Below are positions 39,021 to 52,539 of a stretch of 64,000 nt of DNA, one piece after another. Position 1 is the first letter of the stretch; each line of letters opens with the position of its first letter. Made by a program: the position numbers and the translations under genes. Origin of the DNA: Chrysomallon squamiferum (taxonomy: Eukaryota > Animalia > Mollusca); NCBI GenBank assembly GCA_012295275.1, contig CM022670.1, forward strand, positions 10,788,001 to 10,852,000, read 5' to 3'. The notes below the pieces were generated by a model that was given only the letters and a program-made list of their open reading frames with translations, made no database searches and was not told where the DNA came from.

Positions 39021-41615
39021 CTGAATATGTAAAAGTGATTTTAAAAGTGCCATTACAATATTTCATTTTCAGATGTTAGATGTTTTTGTTTAGAAATTAG
39101 AATGCTTAGAAACAAACCAAAAATGAATTTGGTTTTTTTTTGTCTAAGTTTGAACCTTTCTTTTTCTCTGTGTGTGTGTGTTCTTGTGCAAGAGCGTGTG
39201 TGTATAAAATATATATATATATATATATAAATTATATAATTTTTATTTTAATCTTCATTTTATTCAGAGTATTTTTTTATTTTTTATTATTTTTTTTATT
39301 ATTATTATAATTATTATTATTACTTTTTAACTTTCCATTATTCAAGTAAAATGGGGTGAGACAATTTCTGTCAATATTTACATAAATATTACTTTCTTCC
39401 TATTCATTTTTTTTATTATTTTTTATTTTTTCTTTAATTTTCTAAATAACTATCTGAATACTCATATTACCAGTACTTTAGTTAAACAGTAAAGGAAATT
39501 AAATAACATTTTGTTCATATCTGAAGAAAGCAAAATTAAAAAATAATATCGATTTGATAATTTAAGTTCTTTCACACCAAAGCTGGAAATTATATTTTGA
39601 ATTATCTTAATATCTATTAAACTAACAAATAAGTTTTAAAAAATGCAGTGTCTATCCTATATAAAAAAGGCTTGTAAATTTATACATTTCATTTAATAAA
39701 GTCTACTATATATATTATAAAACAGTTTGAGGTTGCTAGGTTTTTGAATCTCAGAATTATTAATTTTGTTATTACTGTGTGAAGTGAAATTCAGTATTAA
39801 ATCTGTATTTATTTAATTAGCTTTTCAGTTTTCATGTAAATAACATTCTATATAAGCAGTGCATTTTGTTACAATAATGAATTGATTTTTTAAAGTACTT
39901 AAATTTATGTTCTGTAAAATACTGAATTTTTTTGGATTTGGTGTTTTCACATTAAAAAATTTAAAAAAAAAAAAAAAAAATAACAGTAATAATAATAAAA
40001 AAAAAAATAAATATGTATTCTAACTAAAATACATATTATTAATTAACAGAATTTAAATCAAGCTGGTATGTACATTGACTTGCTGGGACTGAGCAGTTTC
40101 TTATCATCTTTGTCATAATATACAGAGTGGATTTGTTTTTACAATTTTTCTAATTTTAATTCTTTTTTTATCATTTTACATGACATTGTATAATTGGATA
40201 TTTTAGGACTAACAGAAAATTGCTAAAAAGTTCCACAAAATATCTAATAATAATAATACATATATAAATTTTAAAAAATCAAATCAATTTTGTGTCTGTA
40301 ATATCACCTTTGTGTACCTGTGTGGGCCTTAGATTTTCAAAATAAACTTGAACTATATGATCAAATATTCTGTTCTGGTTGAGCTTTTTCAAAGTGATCT
40401 GACAAACCAAAGGAAATTAAAAATATTTTATTAGAAATATAATTCAAACATTGGTAAATTACAACAAAAAAACCCGTAAAATTCAAATGTGTTTAAATTA
40501 ATAAATTTAATGGTTATCAAAGTTTGTAACAAAGTTGTGCCTTGTACATGATGACATTTGATTAAATGTTAACAAAATTAATTCTTTAATGGGCATTATA
40601 ATGTTAAAATAGCATTTTATATATTCTTTTAAATCAGCCAGAAAAAGAAATAATAAATAATAATAATTACAAAAATATTTCCTAAGTGATTGGTTTTGAA
40701 CTGCTATGTTTTTGTCAAATAATTTTGTTTAATGTACCAAAATATGAAATTTTATTTTATTTATTTTTATATTTTAAATTTTTATTATTATAATTTTGTT
40801 ATTTATTTTTTTTTTTTTTTTTTATTTTTTTTTATTTTATTTTATTTTTTATTTTTTTTTTTTTTTTTTTTTTTTTTTATTATTATCTTTATTTTTTTAA
40901 TTTTTTTTTTTTAATTATATATTTCATATTAGAAGAACCTACATTTCAAAAACATTTGAAAATTAATACAAAATATATTTAGATAGACAGTTATGTCCTC
41001 TTTTTAATTTATGTAGTTTTGGATGTTTATTATTTTTATTTATTTTATTTATTCTAGTACTGCTACTAGTATTAAAGAAAATTCAGTTTATTCAAGGTGC
41101 CACAAATGTAGTTTCTCAAAATACTCCTGGTTACTGTTGGCATTAGTATTATTACTAATTATTATTAATAGTATTATTTAAAGGAATGTGGCAGTGAAAA
41201 AATATACTGCATGTGTGTGTTTATTTTTTTTAAAGAATTTTGTTTTGTTTTTGGAGTGTTAAATAAAAGTTCAAATACAAATTTTATATTAGTATTACTA
41301 TATATAAATATTTACATTTTCACAAATGTTCATCTGTTTTAATTCTTAATACGTATTTAATATCTTATTTCCTTAAGAAATAATGAAACTGTATTCCAAG
41401 TATTTTTAGAGCACAAATTCACACATGCCAAAGTCAAGAAGTATGTTAATAATGCTGGTCACTGGACAAGGGACCATGTTGCTGTTTAATGTCAAACAGA
41501 CTGTGTTGTTATACCCAGCTTTTGTTATTGGTATAAATAACACTAAAAAGATTTGAAATAAAAATGTTTAAAAGAAAAAAAACAAGTCTGTTTTTAATTT
41601 TCTGTGATGCTGTGG

Positions 41616-41648
<33 letters not shown>

Positions 41649-43838
41649 AAATATGGGATATTTATTACATGGGATGCTAGTTTTTATAATCTGTTGATTT
41701 CCTGGGAATTCCTCTGCTGCTATTGGTGCAAAAAAACAAAAAAACAAAAACCTTACATTAATGACTTCTTTTACAAAATATTTTATTTTATTTTGTAAAT
41801 ACTAAAACAGAATGAATGAATGAATGAATTTTTAACAACAGAAAACTGGTTCAGATAAATATATTTATTTCACATAAAAAGATTACTGAGCTTAATTTTC
41901 ACCCAGAAATAACAAACAACCCACAAATAAGACATGAAAAACAACAGTTAAAGATTGTTTAAATGCAGAAAACCTAGTTGATTAACAGATAAAGGTAGAT
42001 GAGGTGTATTTCCTTCCACAATGCCTCTTCATGCTAATTTTAAATGAGACATACATACGTGCATGCAGACATGCACACACAATACAAATTTATAATGATG
42101 ATTAGAACTTATATATGCTCACCCAAGCAACAAAAAATGCAAATACAATACAAATAAATTTTAAAACATTTCATATATTAAATAAATATAACTTAAAATT
42201 TCCATAATTTATATACTAAACCATTTTATTATTTTTTTTCCCTCTTTATTTAAATTTCCAAGCTTAAAAATAACAAAAGAAAACGCAAAATTTTAAAAAA
42301 AAAAAAAACCTTTCACACTAAAACATCTACTATATCTACACTTCTATTCTTAAAATACATTATTTATAATCTTAATTTCTTATATCATCTATTTATAATA
42401 TAAATATGATGTCATTGTAATAATATATATATATATATATACCAAATAAAATAAATATTTAACAAAATAATAAACAATATGCATTCCAGGCATTAATAAA
42501 ATTTGTTTAAGTAATTATATTTATAAATTACTTACACACAGTTACAATGTTAACACTGATGAACCTGAGTGCCTGTCCAGGCACATACATCTGAACCAAT
42601 CAAAGCCTGCTTATCTATTAATCATATTTTATCAAATAAATTTAAGAAAAAAGGAAATATATTCTTAATTATATAAAATTGCATCATATAAAATATTTCT
42701 GTTAAAAGTCAATATAATTATGTTTATAAAAAAAAAAAAATAAAAATAAAAAAGGCTTTTAGAATATATGAAAAAATATTCTTTCTGTGATAAAATACAT
42801 GAATACTATAAAATATATATTGTCAAGTAAAATTGCTGTGCATGTTCTTCCAGAAAAAAACAATAATTTTTATCTAAAATTGCAACCCACCACATGTAAA
42901 TATACCATATCTCATTAATATTTCAATGGAGAAAGATATTTAAATTATTCTTATTAAGAACCAATTTATATTCTTTACTTCCTTGTGAAATGAATTTACA
43001 TTTCTATGATTATAGCAATGTTCACATAATGAGAAATGCTTGTTGATTAATTTTAACTTCTAAATTTGTGTGTGTGCTTTTGTTACAGAATTGTTATTAT
43101 TACTACAGCATGTTTTTTACTTTTGTTTTTCTTCTTTTAAATTTCAGTCTATTAATGTCAAATTTATGTAAAATCAAAGAAAATTCTGAATATTTTTTTA
43201 TTTTTTGTTTAGTTTTTGAAGCTGGTCAGTTTAAAATAATCATTAATGCACACATTAATATTTCAAGTTACATCAGTAATGAAAAAGACCAGAAAAGATT
43301 CATCAGAATACACAAATATGTTAACAAAATCTTACTTATAAATAATAAACAGTATTGTTCAAAAATATTGAATGTGCAGACTTTTTTTCTGTTATTTACA
43401 TTTATTCACAGATCATGAATATTTGTGGTTTGTATTCAGATTATTAAATATTAAAAAAGTTAACACTGAATATAATAAAATTTCAATAAACCCTCTCTGC
43501 TGCATTTTATGTGGATTGTTTACAATGTCAAAATAATTATTAAAATTAAGAAAAATTCAAACACTGCTGGGACTTACATAGACATGCAGTGTATTGAGTA
43601 CAATAATAAAATATAATATTTTCCAAAAAGTAGGCCTGTATTCTCTGACAGTGAGGTGTTGTTATAGCACTGCAAAATACACAGTGGTGAATAATCATGC
43701 AAAATTTGTGGATTAATTTCCATTAAAAAAAAAAAAAGAAAATATTGTAATATTTAGTCACAAAAAATATAAACCTTTAGAAAAGTCTGGTTGCTAAAGA
43801 AATGTACTTTTATTCAGACAGCAAAACAATAATAATAA

Positions 43839-43869
<31 letters not shown>

Positions 43870-45515
43870 CAGAGCAGGAGGAGTAGAAATTTAAATGTTT
43901 AAATTTGAGACAACTACTTTTAAAGCATTTTAAATTTATATAAAGATTGGTTTTAATGCCCAACAAGGGTGCGCATATCACTTTTTTTTTTTTTTACCTA
44001 AAACAAAAAATAACAACAACATAAAAAAAAAGCAAGATCTGTTGCTTCTTAACAAATTTGTGGTACAGAAAAAACTGATATTATCAAAACACCAGACTGA
44101 TACAAACTGTTCAATGATGGGGGAGTAATTCTTAAAATTTTCAGTTCATCAAAATAAAGATTTAGAAATTTATACCTGGATTATTGTTACATATGTTTTC
44201 TTGAAATATTTTGGTTAACATAATTTAACATTATTACACTGCTGATAAAATCAACTTTTTTCAAATAACAAATTACAAAGCTTACCCCTTCCCTCTTTTT
44301 TTATGATATTACTTCATACACAGAAATAGTCTTTAAGAACAGACTCAGTCTTTCAGGAAAGTGTTTTTTCAGATTGTATGAAATGACATCACAAATGTAA
44401 CAGGAAAAAATAGTCCTGGTAAATTAATTATATTGTACTTCATTTTTAGCAAAGATTAGTGTTCCTGGAAATTACCTGAAAATGTATATAATGTATCCAA
44501 GTGCATTTTAATGATTATATAAAGAAAAAACAAAAAACAATTTTAATGATTTAAAGCATTATCTTTCGTGATAAACAATCACTAGTAAAGTATATGAATC
44601 AAAATACAGTATGTTCAGTGGAAAACACATTATCAATATGAGGCAAAATTTGATCAAAACTGATAAAATATGACTAATAAAAAGTTTAAGACAAGTCAAA
44701 ATATTGCAAATGATATTGCCTTTTAATTTCAGTATAGAAAAAATATATTAAAATAAAATAAAATTTAGGAATGCTAAAAAGATTTTGTTATATAAAGCAT
44801 TATATATTTTAATGGAAGCATATTCACTGTATTTTTAATACAAGAAAAATGTTTGAAAAATATAATTTTTACGTACATGTTAATAGTTCATAATGAATTA
44901 CAAATAATACAAGTAATTTAATTTTATTCCCTTGTATTTTTTATATTATTATTTATTTATTATTTTATTTTTACTCTTGTAAATTTTACATAAATTAAAT
45001 AAGCTTTTTTTTTCAAAGTAAAATAGTATCCTTTTCATAATTTACAATTTAATATAATTACACAATATTCTGTATTTTTCAAAATAATATTTTGAGTATA
45101 CAAATAAGATCATTACATATTTTGTTACCAGGAAGCACATACACACTGAAAGACAAATTTACAACAAAGTGTAATGCTATGTGATGCACATAAATAAACT
45201 TTCCATTGGACTTAAATGTTTTTACAATGTTGACGGAATGGTGTTCCTTAATTTGTTTTTCTTGGCATGATGAGTAACAATTTCATATCTTCCTGAAGTC
45301 AAACAATAATTTCTAAAACGTTTCCTGTACTTCTGTGTTGTAATTTCAAAATATGTTCCATTACTTCTGAGTAAATATTTCAAAAAGTGTTCCCATATTT
45401 CAGAATAAGAATTTGACAATCTTCCATGAAGTCAGTTTAACATTTTTCTCTTTTTTCTTTATTCCACACTGGAAATGTTTCTATCATATAACATAAATTT
45501 AAAATATGACACTGG

Positions 45516-45554
45516 TCATGATAATCTGCAAGTTGACTTCTGTTTCGGACTCTG

Positions 45555-45586
<32 letters not shown>

Positions 45587-47195
45587 GACTGCAATGATAA
45601 CAAACCTGTATGACAAAAACTTTCATTTATATACTTAAAGCTGCATCATCAGAAATGTGCATAGGAACTGCATAAAATAGTAAATTCTTAATGAAATACA
45701 TATAACAAATGCACAAAACTATAATTTCTTATTCAAATGACAAGAAACCTATATGATTAATGAAATCTGCAAAACAGTCAATTATTCCTTACTGAGATAA
45801 TTATGATAAGTAACCTACATGATAAAACCTGCTTGGATCAGACATATCTGGTAAGAAATATCTACAATATAAAGCCTAATGCAATAAAATTGATTAACAA
45901 GAAACCTTGAATACAAATTTTATAATTAAGGAATATATATTTTAAAATTTCAATGTGAAATAATAAAATGGCACACTGAAAACTGCTTTGTAAGAAAGTT
46001 GATAATATTCTTATGTAAAGTATATTACAAAAAGGTGACGGTTTGGAATAAAAGTACATAGGGAAGGGAGACAACCTACCCGTCTTCTCTGCTCTCTAAC
46101 TGCCTCCTCTTCACTGGCAGCAAGGGCCTGAGCTAAAAGCATGTCTTCTTTTTCTTGTTCTGTTAAACTACAACACAATAACAATAAAAAAAATTAAATG
46201 AAATTTAAAACCAAGTAAAATTAAATTCATGTCAGAAAGCTATTTATGTTTAATAATTTTTTTTTTTTTTTAAATCAGGCCATTAGAAAGTGACATTCTT
46301 AAATTTAATCAGAACTTTATCACCAGATAAATCTCTATGACTTTTGTTATAATATAATACATATAAAATGAAATTTTTAATAAATAAAATAAATAAATAA
46401 TCAAATTAATCTAATTTACTTTTAAAAATAAAAACAATTTTTTTTTTTTTTAAACTATTAAACAAATCCCTAGAAATTGGTAATAAATTTTTTTTTTTTT
46501 TGAACTGTCACCCAAAACTGTCTTATGAATATCTGAAACTGAAATCAAAGGACAGAGGAAACAGAAAGAGTTATTAACCTTTTCTTGGGCTGGCTGGTGG
46601 ACTGACTATCTGCCATGGAGAGCTGAATGGCACGAGCCAGAGCCTCATCTTCACTCTGAAATAAAATAAATAAACAACATTTTACAAAGCATCACCATAG
46701 AGATCTGTGACAGAAAGGAAAAATGTCAGACATATCAAAAGTCAAAGACATCTCAAGTCAGGCAGACTTTAACAGATATAATATCCAGCCTCTAGGCTTC
46801 ATAAAGAATTTGTTTTCTGCAGTGGCATACACGCACACATCTACATACATAAACGTACTGAAACACACACATACACATATACACAATGCATACATTCATT
46901 TATATCATGACAATTAACAAAACAATCAAATTATTAACATACCAGCCATGCAAACACACACACACACACATGCACATACACACACGCAACAATTTACAAA
47001 ACAATCAAATTATTAACTTACCAGCCCTGCATGAACACACATACACAACAATTTACAAAACAATCATAATATTATCTTACCAGGCCTGCACACACACACA
47101 CAAACAAATTACAAAATAGTGGAGCTGTTAACTCACCAGACATGCCCAGACACACACACACAAACAAATTACAAAAGAGTGGAGTTGTTAACTCA

Positions 47196-47229
<34 letters not shown>

Positions 47230-48479
47230 ACAACACACACAACAAATTACAAAAGAGTGGAGTTGTTAACTCACCAGACCTGCCTGTACTGTGTGTGAAC
47301 CAGACTGACGCTGAGCTAATCTCTCTTTTCTTTCTCTGAAACAGAATTTTTAATAAATGAAATAAAAAAAAAAATAAAAAAAATATTAATTAAATTTCAA
47401 TTACAGATTTTATTTATTTAACCACATCAATTCACTGAATTTTTAATAAACTAAATCAAAATAAAATTCTATTTAATAATTAAATATCAGTTATAGATTT
47501 TTTTTTATTTCACCACTGAATTTTTAATAAACAAAATCAAAATAAAATTTTAATTATTAATTAAATATCAGTTACAGATTTTATTTATTTATCCATCAAT
47601 ACACTGCCAGAAAATACATTTATTTTATTTTTGATCTGAAATGTAAGATTCCTAAATAAGGTAAGGTATCAGTCAGTGTATACTTGTATGGGCTGACAAA
47701 AACAGATGACAATATATGAAACGATGTTTCTGTTTGTAAACATAGACAACATATGCCTATATATTTGACTAACCTATCTAAGTCTCTGCCTACACCAGAA
47801 AGTGGTGTCTGCTGAGGTTTTGTTTTTGAAGTGCCTGAAGCTCCAGCAGGTCTTGATCTGGCAACTGCTGCAGCACTGAAAACCAAAACCAGTGAATCGC
47901 TTACAACACTGGAAGCATTATCTATGTTTATTAAATTATTTTAGAACAGTCACGTAAATAGTCATGAATAAATGAATTAATCATTTATTTTCTTATTGTT
48001 TCATTTTTATATTTTTGAATCTCTTATTTTTATTATTTTTATCATTTGGACTGACGAATAGTAATTATTTTTATAATGGTGTAGGTATGAGTATTTGTGT
48101 GTGTGTGTGTCTGTGTCTGTGTGACAGTATGACAATCCATATGCAAATAGCTGAATGTATGGGTCTGCATAATTATGTGTATAATATATTTATTATATTT
48201 ATTTTGATCGTAAGATACTTGTGAAAGCAACATACCCAGCATTTGAAATGCTTTGACCTGAATTTTCAAACCCCTGACAGTTGTGGTCAAGTTCATGTCT
48301 GTGACGCAGACAGAAATTTTTATGACACTTTTCACATTTGACAGGAATAAGCTGAACAACATAAAAAAAGTAATTTTAAAAAGACAAATGATATAATAAT
48401 ACAGAAAACAAGAGAAAATAATATATATATTTTAACTGTATGTGTGTGATGTGTATGTGTGTCTGTGTTTGTGTGTGTT

Positions 48480-48510
<31 letters not shown>

Positions 48511-50166
48511 CTATACAAGTATCTAAAACCTCAACACATTTTTGTGTAACATACACATCAATCAATGATCTAGAATATTTTTAAAAACGCATTTAAAAAA
48601 ATATACATGTAATAACTAAAAAGAGAATAAACAACATGAAAACACTGAATATAAACTGTGTGATTTGAAAATCAATGTGCATGTCGTAGAGTTATTTATA
48701 TTTAAATGGAATCAAAAGTAATACTAAAATAAGTAACACTATAATAATACATACCTCCTTCTGTTTGCAGTTCTTAAAAGAGCATTTGTTTGTATAAACC
48801 TTAAGAAAAAAAAAAAGAAGTTAATAATCAATCTGTCCTGTAAATTAATTTTTAAAATGTCTATGTTTAATTAAATAAATAACAAAATTTCTATGAATAT
48901 TATAATTATTAGAAACCTGTTCTGATTTCTTTTTAAAATTAATAATAATTTTTCTAATTCCAAATTTCTTTTAATAAATCATTTTTTCTAAGTAAATTTC
49001 TTCTTACATTTCACATGGAATATATCTAATTGTAAAAAACAAGTTAATAATACCATTTAATCAGTTATTTATTTTTACTTTTAAGAAATGTTTTTGTTTT
49101 TTATGTCTCTGTATATACCGACTTACTTTACGTCTTTGTTTGGCAGTGTCTGACTGACAGTCGTTGTCAATGTGACGTCCGACAATGACATCAGGCAGTT
49201 CTCCTTTCTTCACTGACACTGGGACATTGCACAGTGGACACACGGGAACCTGATTGTCCTGTAAACATTATTTTAATTTTTTAATTAATTGTTTTTTTTT
49301 GGTTTTTTTAACTATTTTTAGTTGCTTTTTTTGTTTTTTTTTATTATTGTTAATATTATTTTATTTTATTTTATTTACTTACTTATTTATTTATTTGTTT
49401 GTTTGTTTGTTTGTGTGTTTGCTTGTTTGTTTGTTTGTTTGTTTGTTTGTTTGTCAGTTTGCAAAGTATAGATTTTGCCAAAGTCAGTTTAATAATAAAT
49501 AATTATTTACAACTAAAAAAGTGGGTTTTTTTCATTTGAATAAATACCAGTTACATATAGCTAAGTAAAAAAAAAAGATTTTTTTTTTTTTTTTTTTTTT
49601 AAATTGATATTATATACATATATATATATGTATCTTTCTTTTTCAAAATAATTTACCTTTTTGTATGATTCAGGACAGTTATGTGAGGCATACTGGATAT
49701 GATCTCCACTAGAAATAATAAAAAATAGTTATTTAAACAAAATATAATTTTTATGAAAATGGATTAATTAACATATCCTTCTGAAATAACTAACCTATTG
49801 TATCCTGTCTGAACTGTAAAACAGTTCTAAACAAAGCAAGTTAAACAACAATTAAAACATTAAAAGAATCTAATCAATGAAAAATAAAACTAATAACCTA
49901 TTTTAAAAAAAAAAAAATTAAAAAAAAATTGTTGTTTAATATTTACAATATTCTTATATTAATCAAGCAAAAATGCAAATATTGGGTTGGAACAAAAAAT
50001 CATAGCATTTTTTTCAAAAGGTGGTGTTCAAGTACAAGTTCATTTCACTTGTGACTGAAATTTATGACATACATACATATTCTGAAAGCTGAACAAAATG
50101 ACACATTATGTGGATGAATAAGTTTATGTACAAATATCTAAATACTGTCTTTTAATTTCATAAAAA

Positions 50167-50210
<44 letters not shown>

Positions 50211-50212
50211 TG

Positions 50213-50261
<49 letters not shown>

Positions 50262-52430
50262 CGAGAAAGAGAGAGCGTCTGTGTTTATCAGTTTGATAAT
50301 CGCTCAGTTTTTGAAAATTCCTTTAAAAATTAAGAACAAATTAATTATACATCTCTCCTATCCCCAACAAATATAATACACTGACACTTCAACTAAACAA
50401 TTATATATAAATGTCAAAAAAAAAAAAAAAACACTGCTAACATACCAAAATATATTTGAGCAGGCATCACATTTCATTGGCAAAAAATCTGAAATATAAA
50501 TAAACACATATATCTAATTCTTTATTTAATATTTTTCAAGATAATCATTTATTCGACAGCTCTCTGGGTACAAGTGCATGCACAGATATTGAATTTCTTC
50601 AATGAAAGACATCTAAAAGAGAGATTATTTCATTCTGTCAAAATTCTAATCCTAAAACTAACAATAAAACTCTGAAACTGGCTATAATCTGCAACTGGAG
50701 ACTAGATTTCATGGGAAGTTTGCACTTTTTACCAATAATAATTGTTTTTTTTGTTGTTTTGTTTGATTTTTTAAATTATTATTATTGTCATTGTTGTAAT
50801 TTTTCTTAAAAATCTGTTTATTATTATTTTTACTTGTGTGTGTGCGTGTGCATGTGTGAAGGATTGACCCTGAGATACTTCATTTTTCTGTCAACTGTTG
50901 AGGTTTCAGAAGCAGTTGTTTTTATGTACATATAGGTGTGTTTTTTTTATGTGTCATTGTATATCATACATAAATGGGTCATTCTACATTTGTGTATATG
51001 TTTGTATTATATTTTAGTGTTTTTGTATCTGTCACTGCATGTCATGCATAAATGAGTAATTCTACATTTATGTATATATTTCTGTCTGTATGTATTTGGT
51101 AGATTTTATTCAGACAAACTGTCAATTTTGTTTTGATGACATTGAGGTGATGAGTTATCCAAAAATGAATATTTAAGTGGATAAACTGTTTTTTTGGTTT
51201 CTAATATCTTCTACAAAATCTTCTTTTAACTATTAGTATTATAACATTGTATGACAACATCAAACAAGGCCTACAAAGTTCAGTTACCCACAGAGTAGGT
51301 TGTTGCTAAGATGTTTGTTGTTTCATTTAGTTCAGTTTCAGATAATATCATTTTAAAATATTGATTATGAACAAAGTTAGTTAGATGGTTGTGAATTTTT
51401 TTTTTTAAATTTTGTAATCTGTATAATGAAGGCATAAAGCAAATGAATGCTAAGTAATATTATTATTTAAGAATTTAAGTGGTTAAAAATGTGTGTGTAT
51501 TTTGTTTTTTTTTAATGTTAGCAAAATACTTGAAAATGAAAGAACCTCTACAACTCTTCAAAAATTTCATCTTGAAAAATGACTCTTTTCTATATAGGTT
51601 TATTTTCTATGATGTTTTTGAAGCATATATAATTAAGAATTTAAGGCATAAGTACATTTAAGCCAGTTTGTGCAAGTAATTAATTAATTAAAATTCATGA
51701 GTGTTAGCAACATGCTTAAAATACTGTATACTGCTAGAACATATAAAAAGCTTTATATTGCTTTGAAACTATATAGTATATGAGACAATGAGAGTTTATG
51801 TTGCGAAATGACTGGAATGAGTCAGTTTGTCCATGAAATATGAAGGAAAAATACCAGCTTTTTTTATTCATATTAATGCGGTCTAATTCAGATCTTGGTG
51901 TCATTCTAATCTCGATTATTTATTTATTTATTTTATTTTATTTTTCTCTCTTTCTGGTGATAATTATGAAACTTGTGTCACATACGTACAATCATAACAA
52001 TAGTCTGAATAGTACTTCTAAATTCTATAAATTGTTGTCGTATCAATGATACAATGATAGTGATACTATCATCATGTCATATGTTCAAAACATTAAATAT
52101 ATTTAATATTACATTTGAAAAAAATATTTTTAAAACATATATTATTTACCAATTTGCTTAAATGTTACTCATTGTTAAAAGAAAAAAATATACAAAATGA
52201 TCTAATCACAGAAATTTAAACAGTCCTAAAAAAATAAATATAAATAAACTCATTGATGATTGAAAATGTAAAATCCCATATTTATCAATAATCAAAACAT
52301 AGCGTTTCTTATTTGTCGTATTTGAAGATTATTTTTTGTTAATTTTACTTAATATTATTCGTGATCAAAACGTACCTAATCGTTTACAGCTTGAATGAAA
52401 ACAATGTTGTCCAAGATCAGGAAGCTCCAT
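45516..52430 (-). CDS. ZFAND2B: AN1-type zinc finger protein 2B (AIRAPL-like): two AN1 zinc fingers, two UIMs, C-terminal CAAX
   Basis: Minus-strand exons 52376-52430, 50446-50488, 49657-49708, 49127-49258, 48755-48799, 48236-48351, 47774-47875, 47275-47335, 46579-46655, 46080-46167, 45516-45557 (813 nt, 270 aa). Translation: MELPDLGQHCFHSSCKRLDFLPMKCDACSNIFCGDHIQYASHNC...VPVCPLCN...NKCSFKNCKQKELIPVKCEKCHKNFCLRHRHELDHNC...SEDEALARAIQLS (UIM1)...EDMLLAQALAAS (UIM2)...CRLS* (CAAX). UIMs plus CAAX point to the 2B rather than the 2A type. Confidence 0.93.
46910..47283 (-). repeat. Tandem array of ZFAND2B exon-8 end plus 5' splice site (56-79-bp units separated by TG microsatellite)
   Basis: Minus-strand donors: real GCAGGTCTG|GTGAGTTAAC (47274); copies at 47196, 47136 (GCATGTCTG|GTGAGTTAAC), 47080 (GCAGGCCTG|GTAAGATAAT), 47021 (GCAGGGCTG|GTAAGTTAAT) and 46942 (GCATGGCTG|GTATGTTAAT). 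Confidence 0.88.
47340..47606 (-). repeat. About 80-90-bp tandem repeat, 3 copies, abutting the ZFAND2B exon-8 acceptor
   Basis: On +, GAATTTTTAATAAA...AATTAAAT.TCA.TTA.AGATTTT recurs at about 47344, 47437 and 47517. Confidence 0.8.
50172..50275. repeat. Compound (TG)n/(TA)n/(GA)n microsatellite
   Basis: Direct inspection. Confidence 0.95.
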
Positions 52431-52539
52431 GTTCTATGTTTTAATATGTTGGCAGAAATGACTTTGCGTTTTACGGTCACACTTTTATAATATCCGTATA
52501 CGTCATTTCCGTCAACTGCGTCTCGTTTGAGAAATCAGC
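52431..52539. promoter_or_regulatory. Bidirectional promoter shared by ZFAND2B and PPID
   Basis: Divergent ATGs at 52430 (-) and 52540 (+) leave a 109-bp spacer. The spacer is locally CpG-rich compared with the CpG-poor introns. CGTCATTTCCG at 52501-52511 (reverse CGGAAATGACG) is one mismatch from the ETS-CRE composite CGGAAGTGACG. Confidence 0.75.

Noticed and set aside
45510-45520. Stop-codon readthrough of ZFAND2B (TGA followed by C)
   Set aside because: The context is TGA-CCAG rather than the TGA-CTAG readthrough motif, and the terminal CAAX argues for a real end.
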